DNA of 64,000 nt from Candidatus Sysuimicrobium tengchongense (lineage in GTDB: Bacteria > Sysuimicrobiota > Sysuimicrobiia > Sysuimicrobiales > Sysuimicrobiaceae): assembly GCA_031460175.1 (NCBI GenBank), contig JAVKGW010000010.1, positions 15,127 to 79,126 on the forward strand, given 5' to 3'. Of the stretch, positions 29,806-38,991 are shown piece by piece. The translations under genes and the position numbers were made by a program. The notes under the pieces were generated by a model. That model had not been told where the DNA came from. It saw only the letters and a list, made by a program, of their open reading frames with translations, and made no database searches. Each line of letters begins with the position of its first letter. The first letter of the stretch is position 1.

Positions 29806-29920
29806 TCGCCCCCCAGGCGGGCAGCCGTGATCTCCACCGGGCCATGCCGGGGCCCGATCGGATGAGGCCATCCGCCCCTTGACAGGAAAGGGGTCATCGC
29901 TCTAGCCTGCTTTTAGGGCC

Positions 29921-29958
29921 GCGACGCCCACCACAGGGTGGGCGTCGCTTTGCTTTTT
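29921..29958 (+). terminator. rho-independent terminator after the CHAT-S8-spy-like operon
   Basis: Perfect 12-bp GC stem gcgacgcccacc/ggtgggcgtcgc with loop acag, followed by tttgcttttt. Confidence 0.55.
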
Positions 29959-30083
29959 GGGGGGTATAAAACCCTGGTGGCCACGTTCTTCGTCCCCCTA
30001 CGGATTCTGGGCGGGTGCCTCGATCTATACCGCGTACAACCGCTGGATATGGCAGGCCGTGAAAGACGTGGGAGGTGAGGGCG

Positions 30084-31286
30084 GTGACGTGGGAAGCGTG
30101 GTTGGGGGTGGCGGCCTTCCTGGTGCTGTTCACCCTCTGGTCGTTTCTGCCCAGCAGGTTCCTGAGGCGCACGAGGGGAACCGCAGCGGAGACCCAAGCC
30201 AACGTTCCACCTGCCCCGCCGCCCGCACCGCCGGCCCGGGCGAGCTGGAACTGGGCTGGAGCGGGGGTGGAACTGCGACTGCTGCGCAATCCCGCCTTCG
30301 GTCACGGCGCCGATCCGAGGACGGTTCCCCGGTACTTCTACACGGTGCGCCTCGGCGGAGACGGGGAGGCACGCCTGCCCGTGTACTGGGACCCGCGGCC
30401 AGTGGCCTCCGACCCCCTCGTGCGGGAGGTGTACCGGGTGCGGGTGGCAGGGCGCTCCCTGGAGGCCGGTAACCTCCACCTGCTCGGCGAGGAGGTCCGC
30501 GCCGCCGTGGGGCGTCTTGTGGCCGCCGGGGGCCTGCCGCGGTTCTGGCTGGTGAACGGTACTTCCGCCGTCCCCGTGTACCGCGCCGGCGAGGTCTACG
30601 TGGCCCCCACGGACGGCCCGAGGCTTTGGGGGACCGACCTCGCACAGCTTCGGGCTCGGTATGCGCACTACGTGGCCTCCTGCAACGGGGGGGAGTGCGG
30701 GCCGGTGACCGTGGCTCTGCTGTCGCCGCAGGACCTGGACGTACATCTCCCGGAGGCGATCCTGGTGGGCCCTGCGCTCTGGATCCCGGTGTTTGCCACC
30801 GAGGGGCAGATGGTCGCCTTCGGCCCCGGAACAACCACCTGGTCGGCGCCGCAGGAGCCCGCGGGCATCCTGCCCCTGTGGGAGCTCGTGGCTTGCGAGC
30901 TCACCGCCTCGGGTCGCTTGACCATGCCCGCGGCCCTGTGGGCGATGGAGCTGTCGGAGACCTGCTGCCGCGGGCTTCTGAAGGCCGGCGAACCCACGGG
31001 GTTGATGCTGCGCTTTACCCGGTTCACCGGGCAAGGGGTAAGCCGCACGGCGCTACCGGTGCATCGCTGGCGCCACCTGTACTTCGCCAGCTGCCAGGAG
31101 GGCGCTTGCCTGCACATCGCCCCGGACTCGGAGACCCTGCGGGAGTCCCTCTCCGCGCACCTGACGGAGACGGGACTGGTTCGGGGAGTACAGGACGTGG
31201 CGCTGGAGGAAGGGAACGGGCCTGAACTCGGAGACGGCGTCCGAACGGGAGTGCCCAGGTTGAGTCTCGTCGCGTCGAACGCATAG
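30084..31286 (+). CDS. hypothetical membrane-anchored protein (about 400 aa), upstream partner of flotillin
   Basis: GTG at 30084 after GGGAGGTGAGG. N-terminal TM helix (WLGVAAFLVLFTLWSF), then a Pro/Ala-rich linker and a soluble domain with several Cys (SCNGGECG, ETCCRG, ASCQEGAC). Stop is 3 nt before the flotillin start. Confidence 0.5.
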   Translation: MTWEAWLGVAAFLVLFTLWSFLPSRFLRRTRGTAAETQANVPPAPPPAPPARASWNWAGAGVELRLLRNPAFGHGADPRTVPRYFYTVRLGGDGEARLPVYWDPRPVASDPLVREVYRVRVAGRSLEAGNLHLLGEEVRAAVGRLVAAGGLPRFWLVNGTSAVPVYRAGEVYVAPTDGPRLWGTDLAQLRARYAHYVASCNGGECGPVTVALLSPQDLDVHLPEAILVGPALWIPVFATEGQMVAFGPGTTTWSAPQEPAGILPLWELVACELTASGRLTMPAALWAMELSETCCRGLLKAGEPTGLMLRFTRFTGQGVSRTALPVHRWRHLYFASCQEGACLHIAPDSETLRESLSAHLTETGLVRGVQDVALEEGNGPELGDGVRTGVPRLSLVASNA

Positions 31287-31289
31287 GGG

Positions 31290-32693
31290 GTGAGGGAGGT
31301 GTCCTGGGTGTGGTGGGTGGTCGTCGCGGCGGCGATCGTGGCTGCCGCGGTGGTGTGGGCGGTGCGCTACACCAAGGTGGGCCCCAACGAGGTCCTGATC
31401 ATCTCCGGCCGACGGCGAACCGTCACCGGCCCGGACGGCCGGCGCAGGGTCGTGGGCTACCGGCTCGTGCACGGGGGCGGCACCTTCGTCTGGCCCATCA
31501 AGGAGAAGGTGCAGCGCATGTCGCTGGAGCTCATGACCCTGGAGGTCCGCACCCCGGAGGTGTACACGGTGAACGCCATCCCCGTGACCGTGGACGGGGT
31601 TGCCCAGGTGAAGATCCGCGGCGACGAGGACAGCATCGCCATCGCCGCGGAGCAGTTCCTCTCCCGCTCCCGGGAGGACGTGATGCGGACCGTCCTACAG
31701 ACCCTGGAGGGCCACATGCGGGCGGTGCTGGGGACCATGACCGTGGAGGACATCTACCGGGGCCGCCAGGAGCTGGCCCGGCGGGTCCGGGAGGCGGCCA
31801 GCGAGGACCTGCACAAGATGGGCATGGAGATCGTGTCCCTCACGATCCGCAACGTGACGGATACCCAGGGCTACCTGGAGGCCCTGGCCCGGCCCCGCAT
31901 CGCCCAGGTGAAGCGGGACGCGGTCAAGGGCGAGGCGGAGGCAGAGAAAGAGGCCCAGCAGGCCCGCTTCCAGGCGGAGACCGCCATCGCCCAGGCCCAG
32001 CGGGACATGGAGTTGAAGAAGGCGGAGTACGAGGCGGAGGTCAAGGCCAAGCGCGCGGAGGCGGACCTGAGCTACGACCTCCACCGCTACCGGATCGCCC
32101 AGCAGGTGAAGGCGGAGGAGATCCAGGTGGGGATCGTGGAGCGGGAGAAGCTTGTGGAGCTAGAGGAGCGGGAGGTGGCGCGCAAGGAGAAGGAACTGCT
32201 GGCCACGGTCCTCAAGCCCGCCCAGGTGGAGCGCCAGCGGACCGAGGTGCTGGCGGAGGCGGAACGCTACCGGCTGGAGGCGGAGGGCCTGGGCCGGGCG
32301 GAGGAGATCAAGGCCCGCGGCGCCGCGGAGGCGGAGGTGATCCGTCTCAAGGGTCTCGCGGAGGCGGAGGCCATGCGCAGGAAGGCGGAGTCCTGGAGCC
32401 AGTACAACGAGGCTGCGGTCATCGAGCTCATCGTGCGGGTGCTGCCCGAGCTGGCCCGGGCGGTCTCCGAGCCCCTCGCCAAGACCGAACGCATCGTGGT
32501 GGTGAACGCGGACGCGGCGGGGTCGGGGGTGTCCCGCGTCCCCGCGGACGTGGCCCGGGTGGTGGCGCAGCTGCCCACCCTCGTGGAGTCCCTCACCGGG
32601 GTGAAGCTGGAGCAGCTGCTGGAGCGCATCCCGAACCTCCGGGACCGGCCGGACCGGTCCCCGGAGTCCGCGCCCACCGCACCGCAGCCGTAG
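31290..32693 (+). CDS. flotillin-like SPFH/band-7 protein (FloT/YuaG-like)
   Basis: N-terminal TM (WVWWVVVAAAIVAAAVVWAV), an SPFH domain (EVLIISGRRR...TLEVRTPEVYTVNAIPVTVDGVAQVKIRGDEDS...) and a long EA-rich flotillin coiled coil (AEAEKEAQQARFQAETAIAQAQRDMELKKAEYEAEVKAKRAEADL...). Confidence 0.85.
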   Translation: MREVSWVWWVVVAAAIVAAAVVWAVRYTKVGPNEVLIISGRRRTVTGPDGRRRVVGYRLVHGGGTFVWPIKEKVQRMSLELMTLEVRTPEVYTVNAIPVTVDGVAQVKIRGDEDSIAIAAEQFLSRSREDVMRTVLQTLEGHMRAVLGTMTVEDIYRGRQELARRVREAASEDLHKMGMEIVSLTIRNVTDTQGYLEALARPRIAQVKRDAVKGEAEAEKEAQQARFQAETAIAQAQRDMELKKAEYEAEVKAKRAEADLSYDLHRYRIAQQVKAEEIQVGIVEREKLVELEEREVARKEKELLATVLKPAQVERQRTEVLAEAERYRLEAEGLGRAEEIKARGAAEAEVIRLKGLAEAEAMRRKAESWSQYNEAAVIELIVRVLPELARAVSEPLAKTERIVVVNADAAGSGVSRVPADVARVVAQLPTLVESLTGVKLEQLLERIPNLRDRPDRSPESAPTAPQP

Positions 32694-32699
32694 GGAGGG

Positions 32700-34160
32700 A
32701 TGGCCGTGGCAACGGTCCGTCAGAGGGTCCGCGAGCAACCCCTTACCACCCCCGAGGACGTCCTGGACCTGTGCGAACGCCGCGGGATCCAGATGGTGGA
32801 CCTGCGGTTCACGGACCTGGTGGGCGCCTGGCAGCACTTCTCCCTGCCCGTGGAGGAGCTGTCGGAGGACCTGTTCACCGACGGCGTGGGCTTCGATGGG
32901 AGCAGCATCCGCGGGTTCCAGGAAATCCACGAGAGCGACATGATCCTGATCCCGGACCCGCGCACCGCCCGGGTGGATCCCATGTGCAAGACGCCCACCC
33001 TGATCCTGGTGTGCGACGTGTACGACCCGGTGACCCGGGAGCGATACAGCCGGGACCCCCGCGGGGTCGCGCAGCGGGCGGAGGAGTACCTGGTCCGCAC
33101 CGGGATCGCCACCACCAGCTACTGGGGGCCGGAGCTGGAATTCTTCGTATTTGACGACGTGCGGTTTGATCAGAATGTGCACTGCGGCTACTACTTCGTG
33201 GACTCCGCGGAGGGCGCGTGGAACACGGGGCGCGACGAGCGGCCCAATCTGGGCTACAAGCCGCGTTACAAGGAGGGCTACTTCCCCGTCCCCCCCACGG
33301 ACAGCCTCCAGGAGTTCCGGTCACAGCTCGTGCGGAAGATGCGGGAGGCCGGGGTGGAGGTAGAGGTCCACCACCACGAGGTGGCCACCGCGGGCCAGTG
33401 CGAGATCGACATGCGGTTTTCCACCCTCACGGACATGGCCGACCGCGTCCAGGTGTACAAGTACCTGGTGAAGACCTTCGCCCGGGAACACCTGAAGACC
33501 GCCACCTTCATGCCCAAGCCCCTCTTCGGGGACAACGGCAGCGGCATGCACACCCACCAGAGCCTGTGGCACGAGGGCCGCAACCTGTTCTACGACCCGC
33601 GCGGCTACGCGCAGCTCAGCGAGCTCGCCCTGTACTACATCGGGGGGCTGCTCAAGCACTCCCCCGCTCTGCTGGCCTTCTGCGCGCCCACCACCAACTC
33701 GTACCGCCGCCTGGTGCCGGGCTACGAGGCACCCGTGAACCTCGTGTACTCCCAGCGGAACCGCAGCGCCGCCATCCGCATCCCCCTGTACTCCACCAAC
33801 CCGAAGTCCAAGCGGATCGAGTACCGGCCGCCCGACCCGAGCTGCAACCCCTACCTGGCCTTCGCGGCCATGCTGATGGCGGGCCTGGACGGCATCCTGA
33901 ACCGCATCGACCCGGGACCGCCCATGGACGTGGACCTGTACGAGCTGCCGCCCGAGGAGGCCAGGCACGTGCGCCAGGTCCCCGGCTCCCTGGAGGAATC
34001 CCTGCGGGCCCTGGAGGAGGACCACGCGTTCCTGCTCCGGGGCGGGGTGTTCACCGAGGACCTGATCGAGACGTGGATCGCGTACAAGCGCAAGCGGGAG
34101 GTGGACTACATCCGCCTGCGGCCGCACCCGTCGGAGTTCTACCTGTACTACGACGTGTGA
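32700..34160 (+). CDS. glnA: glutamine synthetase type I
   Basis: Full-length GS-I hallmarks ([59 protein letters not shown]). ATG at 32700 after GGGAGGG. Confidence 0.92.
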   Translation: MAVATVRQRVREQPLTTPEDVLDLCERRGIQMVDLRFTDLVGAWQHFSLPVEELSEDLFTDGVGFDGSSIRGFQEIHESDMILIPDPRTARVDPMCKTPTLILVCDVYDPVTRERYSRDPRGVAQRAEEYLVRTGIATTSYWGPELEFFVFDDVRFDQNVHCGYYFVDSAEGAWNTGRDERPNLGYKPRYKEGYFPVPPTDSLQEFRSQLVRKMREAGVEVEVHHHEVATAGQCEIDMRFSTLTDMADRVQVYKYLVKTFAREHLKTATFMPKPLFGDNGSGMHTHQSLWHEGRNLFYDPRGYAQLSELALYYIGGLLKHSPALLAFCAPTTNSYRRLVPGYEAPVNLVYSQRNRSAAIRIPLYSTNPKSKRIEYRPPDPSCNPYLAFAAMLMAGLDGILNRIDPGPPMDVDLYELPPEEARHVRQVPGSLEESLRALEEDHAFLLRGGVFTEDLIETWIAYKRKREVDYIRLRPHPSEFYLYYDV

Positions 34161-34166
34161 ACGTCT

Positions 34167-34853
34167 TCAGGGCCGCGGTACGGGGGTGAGGGCGCCGAGG
34201 GCGAACTGGGAGTACACGAGGTATCCCCCCGCGGCCACCATGCCCAGAGCCCCCACGGTCCGCAGGTGCGGGATCCACCCGCGTGCCCACCGAAGGACCG
34301 CGCCCTTCCCCGCGACCACGGCCATGGAGACCCCGATCAAGACCGCACCCATGCCGAGTCCGTACGCGGTAAAGACCACGAGCCCCTCCACCGGGCCGCC
34401 CGCCGCGAGGGCCTGGGCCACCACCACGAGGAAGAGGGGGAGGGTGCATCCCAGGGAAGCGATCCCGTAGGCTGCCCCGAACAGGACAAACCCTGACTCG
34501 GAGCGGCCCCGGTGGAGCACCTCCTCCACCGGTAGCCGCACCGAGAACGAGGGGCGCACCAACATGGCCACGCCCGCGGCCGCTACCGCAGCACCGATGC
34601 CGACTGCGGCCAGGGGCACGAACCGCAGGAGCGCGTGTCCTGCCGCGGAGAGAAGCCCTCCGAGCGCCGCGAACACCCCGAGCACGCCCACCGTCATCCC
34701 TCCCCCGGCCCGGATGCCCGCGCGCACGTTGCCCGTCGAGCCGTCCTCCCGGCCCACGAAGTACGCGAGGTACGCGGGAAGCAAGGCGAACCCGCAGGGG
34801 TTGAGACAAGCGGCCGCACCGGCCAGGAACGCGAATCCGATGAGCGCATCCAT
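34167..34853 (-). CDS. ccdA: cytochrome c-type biogenesis protein CcdA (DsbD-like thiol-disulfide transporter)
   Basis: Six-TM protein with a CLNPCG motif in TM1 (MDALIGFAFLAGAAACLNPCGFALLPAYLAYF) and a second Cys in TM4 (GIASLGCTLPLFLVVV). ATG at 34853. Confidence 0.85.
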   Translation of the reverse strand: MDALIGFAFLAGAAACLNPCGFALLPAYLAYFVGREDGSTGNVRAGIRAGGGMTVGVLGVFAALGGLLSAAGHALLRFVPLAAVGIGAAVAAAGVAMLVRPSFSVRLPVEEVLHRGRSESGFVLFGAAYGIASLGCTLPLFLVVVAQALAAGGPVEGLVVFTAYGLGMGAVLIGVSMAVVAGKGAVLRWARGWIPHLRTVGALGMVAAGGYLVYSQFALGALTPVPRP

Positions 34854-34862
34854 CGGCGGATC

Positions 34863-35444
34863 TCAGCGTCGGATGCCCACCGCCCCGAGGGCCCGGCGCC
34901 AGGTCTCGTCGGTGGCCGGGTAGACGTCTGTCCACCGGATCACCCCCTGGGGGTCGAGGAGGAATTTCGTGTCGAGGAACCGCACCCGGTACTTCAGGAC
35001 CATCCGATCCCGATCCGGGGCGTAGAACCAGCTTCGGGGGAACCCGTAGCGATCGCGGTAGGCCCGCAGGTCCGCTTCCGTCTCTCTGGGGTCCACGAAC
35101 ACCACCAGCACCCGGAACAGGTCTTCACCCACCTCCTGCTGAAATCGGCGCAGCTGCCGAAGCCCCTCCACGCACGGCAGGCACCAGGTGGCGGTGAAGA
35201 AGAGCAAACCGGGTTTTCCGCCCGCGAGCAGGGCGGCCCGTGTCACCACCCGGCCCGTGATGTCCACCACTCGGAAATCCGGGGCCGTATCGCCGGGGCG
35301 CGTGCCCTCCACGCCGGTGGGGACGATCGCTGTGGCCGTCCGCACCCGCGCCGAATTCCACACCGCCGCCGCGATGAGGACCGCGGCGGCAGCGAGGAGG
35401 GCCGGGAGGGCTCTCGAGTGCCAACGGATTTTTCCTCCGTCCAT
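34863..35444 (-). CDS. membrane-anchored thioredoxin-like thiol:disulfide oxidoreductase (TlpA/ResA family)
   Basis: ATG at 35444 ('cat' at 35442-35444) with [39 protein letters not shown] anchor, then a thioredoxin fold with WCLPC ([14 protein letters not shown]). Its stop is 10 nt before ccdA. Confidence 0.8.
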   Translation of the reverse strand: MDGGKIRWHSRALPALLAAAAVLIAAAVWNSARVRTATAIVPTGVEGTRPGDTAPDFRVVDITGRVVTRAALLAGGKPGLLFFTATWCLPCVEGLRQLRRFQQEVGEDLFRVLVVFVDPRETEADLRAYRDRYGFPRSWFYAPDRDRMVLKYRVRFLDTKFLLDPQGVIRWTDVYPATDETWRRALGAVGIRR

Positions 35445-35889
35445 CCCGTTTCTCCTCCGTGGGACGGTTTCACCGCGGAAGCCGGCAGACACCCACGCAC
35501 CCCCATTGCGGAAGGGTCAGGAGGAGCAGAACCCCCCACACGACGACGATCAGCACCGCCACGAGCTCCCCCGCGCCGACAGGCATCGGGTCAACCGCCC
35601 GCCCCGGCCCCAGGACCCAGCTCCGCCAAGCGTGCCACAGGGCTCTCACCGGCTCACCCGCCACAGCCAGAACCGGTCGGGCAAAGCCGACTGTGGGTCC
35701 AACGAACCCAGGACGGCCAGGGTCCCGCCGGCCAGCGCCCTTGGAACGCGCACGAGATACATTCGGAATATCGTATTCTACGTTACTTGCGTATCCCCGG
35801 TGCTGTCAAGCAATCCCAATATTGCCGTCCATGTGGCCCGCTCGCGTGCTACGATACGGAAAGCCGTAACTCGACTGGGGAGGTACCTC

Positions 35890-36960
35890 ATGGCGGACGC
35901 GTTCGATCTCGTCATCCTGGGATCCGGGTCCACCGCATTCGCCGCCGCCCTGCGCGCCCAGGAGCTGGGCAGGACCGTGGCCATGACGGAGTCGCGGACG
36001 CTCGGGGGCACGTGCGTCAACCGCGGATGTCTGCCGAGCAAGAACCTCATCGAGGCCGCGAGGGTTTACCGGGAAGCGGCGCACCCACGTTTTCCCGGTC
36101 TGCGTTCCAGAGGGGTGGACCTGGACTTCGCAACCCTGGTGGCCCAGAAGGACGAGCTCACCGCGGACTACCGGGAGAAGAGGTACCGGGCCATCGTGCG
36201 GGAGTCGGATCGAATCCGGGTGTACGAGGGGCACGCGCGGTTTGCCCCGGATGGAGCCGTGGAGGTGGACGGCCGGAAGTTGCGCGGCCAGCACTACCTG
36301 ATCGCCACCGGCTCCAGGCCGGCTGTCCCACCCGTGGAGGGGCTCGACCGTGTTCCCTTCCTCACCTCGGACCTTTTGACCTCCGGCGAAGCGGAAGAAC
36401 TGCGGGAACTCCCGGGCTCCCTGGTGATTCTGGGGGGCGGCTACATCGCCCTCGAGCTCGGGCAGATGTTCGCCCGGTTCGGCGTGGAGGTCACCCTGCT
36501 CGAACGCAGCCGCCGGGTGTTGCCGGCCTACGAGCCCGAGGTCTCCCTCGCGGTCACGAAGTTCCTTACGGAGGAAGGGGTTCGGGTGGTCACCGAGGTC
36601 ACCCCTCGGACCGTTCGCCAGGTGGGCGATCAGGTGGAGGTCCTGGCAGACCGGGGAGGCCACCCCTTCGCAGTCCGGGCCGAGCGCCTCCTCGTGGCCG
36701 CGGGCCGCCTGCCCAACACGGACGGGCTGGGGCTGGAGCATGTGGGCGTGCGCACGGACGACCGAGGATTCGTGGCCGTGGACGAGTACTTGCGGACCAC
36801 AGCGCCTAACGTGTGGGCGGCGGGCGACGTGATCGGCCGGTACACGGGCGCCCAGATGGCCACCCCGGTAGGCGCCCACGACGGGGTCCTGGTGGCGATG
36901 AACGCGTTCTCGGGCGAGCTTCGCAAGGTGGACCACACCGTCGCACGAACCCTCGCTTGA
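35890..36960 (+). pseudogene. truncated mercuric reductase-like pyridine nucleotide-disulfide oxidoreductase (merA paralogue lacking the C-terminal dimerisation domain and the N-terminal HMA domain)
   Basis: ATG at 35890 after [79 protein letters not shown]... is near-colinear with the full merA at 39779..41440. It ends at TGA 36958-36960 after about 356 aa (...[47 protein letters not shown]), roughly 100 residues short and without the C-terminal Cys-Cys pair. Downstream sequence does not continue the homology. Confidence 0.6.
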
Positions 36961-37123
36961 GGAGGTACAGCACGGGCTCGAACCGTGTGGGGTCCAGAAG
37001 GAGGGTTCCCCTGGGGACGGCGTACGGCACCGCGAGGCGATCTACAGCATTCAGTTCCTCCACGGACAGATGCCGGAAGAGGTTGATCTGGCTTAAGTAC
37101 GTGGCCTTGTCCACCACCGCCAT
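36938..37123 (-). pseudogene. N-terminal fragment of a Crp/Fnr-family regulator (cNMP-binding domain start only)
   Basis: ATG at 37123. [62 protein letters not shown] matches the beginning of a cNMP-binding beta-roll (L.LF..LS.EEL....PRG..L...P..LY.L..G.VR). The ORF then runs into the antisense of the merA-like gene and loses all resemblance. At least 150 residues of a normal Crp are missing. Confidence 0.45.
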
Positions 37124-37144
37124 GATACCGCCTACCTGACCCTT

Positions 37145-38215
37145 TCAGGCGCCCCGCCACGTGGGTGGCGCGGTCACCGGCGCCGGGCAGTTCACCACGA
37201 ACACCTCCCCCTTGGTATCCGGAGTGCCCGGCCACCTCTTGAGGCGCCCAGCGGCCTCCTCCGCCAGGATCTCCCGCTCGGTGCGGAGCACCTTGGGCCG
37301 TGCGCCCTCGTTCCACGTGAACGTGTAGTGGTCCCAGAACGGGCTCCAGATGGCGTCTCCCGGATTCGAGTCGAATACGGAAGGCTGAAAGCCCATGGGT
37401 CCGGGCCCCTGGATGCCGTTCCCGAACACCAGGATCTTGGCCGTGGCCCCCGCCTGGGTCAGCAGCCCCGCCTTCGGGGAGGCGGCCACGCGCATCATGG
37501 GGGCCATGGGGGCCGCGGAGGTGTCCGTGACGATGTACCAGTGGTTGGGGAAGCATTGGTGCAGCTTGAACGTGACCTCCCGCCGGTTCACGTCTGGATC
37601 CTCCAGGAGCTGGCCCTGGCCCAGGTACTGCCTGCGCTGCCGGTCCACCGGGAGCTGCCCGTCCGGCCACCGCACCACGGGGTAGTTCACCACCACCTGG
37701 GTGGCCTCGACTTCCACCTGTCCTGCGCTCTGTGCATCCCGCACCTGCTCCACGGACCGTAGGAGCCGCGGCGAAGTCTTCCACGTCACCCGGTGGATCC
37801 GGTAGGCGGGCGTGAAGTCGTCCCGCCCCGGCACCGTGCTCACCACCGGCAGCTGTCCCGGCGCTCCCTGCGCGAACAGGTAGTAGTCTCCCGTGGCCTC
37901 CCGCCGCAGGGCCAGGGCGAGTTTGGGCACGAACACCAGACCCCGCGCCTGGGCAAAGGCCTGGTCCGACGCGTCGGTCCGGATGTGGTACGCGAGCTTG
38001 CCGTCGAAGAACACCGGGTGAAGCCGGAAGGTCACGAACCCGAACAGGCCCTTCCAGCCCTGGGGCCGCGTGGAGAACCGCAGCACGTCGCCCACGTTCT
38101 TTCGGGTTGCGGGCGCGGCCAGGACTGCAGGCACGATGCGCTCGCCGGCCACAAGTCCGGCCCCCGCCAGTGCGGACCACCGGAGAAACTGCCTTCGGGT
38201 CAACCGCTCTTCCAT
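37145..38215 (-). CDS. Tat-exported hypothetical protein (356 aa)
   Basis: ATG at 38215 ('cat' at 38213-38215) with GGAGGGGGGAGG RBS. Twin-arginine signal MEERLTRRQFLRWSALAGAGLVAGERIVPAVLAAPA. Soluble domain of unknown family (...QCFPNHWYIVTDTSAAPMAPMMRVAASPKAG...). Upstream table residues are GC-rich junk. Confidence 0.6.
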   Translation of the reverse strand: MEERLTRRQFLRWSALAGAGLVAGERIVPAVLAAPATRKNVGDVLRFSTRPQGWKGLFGFVTFRLHPVFFDGKLAYHIRTDASDQAFAQARGLVFVPKLALALRREATGDYYLFAQGAPGQLPVVSTVPGRDDFTPAYRIHRVTWKTSPRLLRSVEQVRDAQSAGQVEVEATQVVVNYPVVRWPDGQLPVDRQRRQYLGQGQLLEDPDVNRREVTFKLHQCFPNHWYIVTDTSAAPMAPMMRVAASPKAGLLTQAGATAKILVFGNGIQGPGPMGFQPSVFDSNPGDAIWSPFWDHYTFTWNEGARPKVLRTEREILAEEAAGRLKRWPGTPDTKGEVFVVNCPAPVTAPPTWRGA

Positions 38216-38253
38216 GCTCCTCCCCCCTCCTCGGTTTGTTCTTCTACCCGCGG

Positions 38254-38439
38254 TCACCGGGAGTCGGCCTCGGGAACACTCCGCCCGTGGGCCGTCCTGA
38301 GGATGCCCATGGCAAAGTGCACCACAGCCCCCAGAGTGCTCGCGGTCAGGCCCTCGGGGAGGAACATAGTCCCGAGCACCGCCATCATGTTCATGCGCGG
38401 CATTCCCATCGCCGGCGCCATGGCCATCAGGACGGTCAT
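38254..38439 (-). CDS. possible small Met-rich membrane protein (about 61 aa)
   Basis: Internal Met of ORF 38254..38559 gives MTVLMAMAPAMGMPRMNMMAVLGTMFLPEGLTASTLGAVVHFAMGILRTAHG, hydrophobic and Met-rich. No clear RBS. It lies 38 nt upstream of the Tat-protein gene. Confidence 0.25.
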   Translation of the reverse strand: MTVLMAMAPAMGMPRMNMMAVLGTMFLPEGLTASTLGAVVHFAMGILRTAHGRSVPEADSR

Positions 38440-38618
38440 CGCCGCCGTGCCCGCCAACCCGCTCCACGCCGCCGGCCCCCACTGCACCGGAGCACCTCCT
38501 CGTTCGGCCTCACCGGCATCGTGGCGCGCCCGCCGCAGTGGGTCTGTAAGCTGCCTCACAGAACCCTGCTGCGGGCGAGGTACCGTGGTTCCAGAATCTG
38601 GTCAGGAGGTGGCTTGCT

Positions 38619-38981
38619 GTGGCAGAGAGCCAGAGGTACGTGGTGTTCGTCCACGCGGGCCCCCAGGAGCTGGCACGGGCCCTGCACGCACTCCTGTACG
38701 CCCGGGAGCTCACCCGCGCCGGGATCCCGGCCAAGATCGTGTTCGACGGGGCCGGCACCGTCTGGCTGCAGCAGTTCAGCGATCCCCAGCACAAATACCA
38801 CGGCTTGTTCCGGGAGGTGCTGGAAGCGGGCCTCGTGGACGCCGCCTGTGCATACTGCGCCCGAGCGTTCAACGTGGTGGACGCGGTGCGGGCCACAGGC
38901 GTCCCTCTGGTAGACACCGCGGACGGCCACCCCAGCCTCGCCAGCTACGTCCAACAGGGCTGGATCCCGCTCACGCTATAA
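38619..38981 (+). CDS. DsrE/DsrF-like family protein (sulfur-relay fold)
   Basis: GTG at 38619, 9 nt after AGGAGG. MAESQRYVVFVHAGPQELARALHALLYARELTRAGIPAKIVFDGAGTVWL... follows the DsrE/DsrF/TusD-like pattern. A Cys pair is present (AACAYCARAF). Confidence 0.7.
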   Translation: MAESQRYVVFVHAGPQELARALHALLYARELTRAGIPAKIVFDGAGTVWLQQFSDPQHKYHGLFREVLEAGLVDAACAYCARAFNVVDAVRATGVPLVDTADGHPSLASYVQQGWIPLTL

Positions 38982-38991
38982 TGACGGGCGG

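Noticed and set aside
35459-35869. ORFs inside the 400-nt tlpA/merA' intergenic region (35243..35539, 35470..35664, 35459..35869)
   Set aside because: No RBS and overlapping frames. The minus-strand 35470..35664 product ends in a hydrophobic helix ([34 protein letters not shown]) and could be a real micro-protein, but nothing supports it beyond hydrophobicity.
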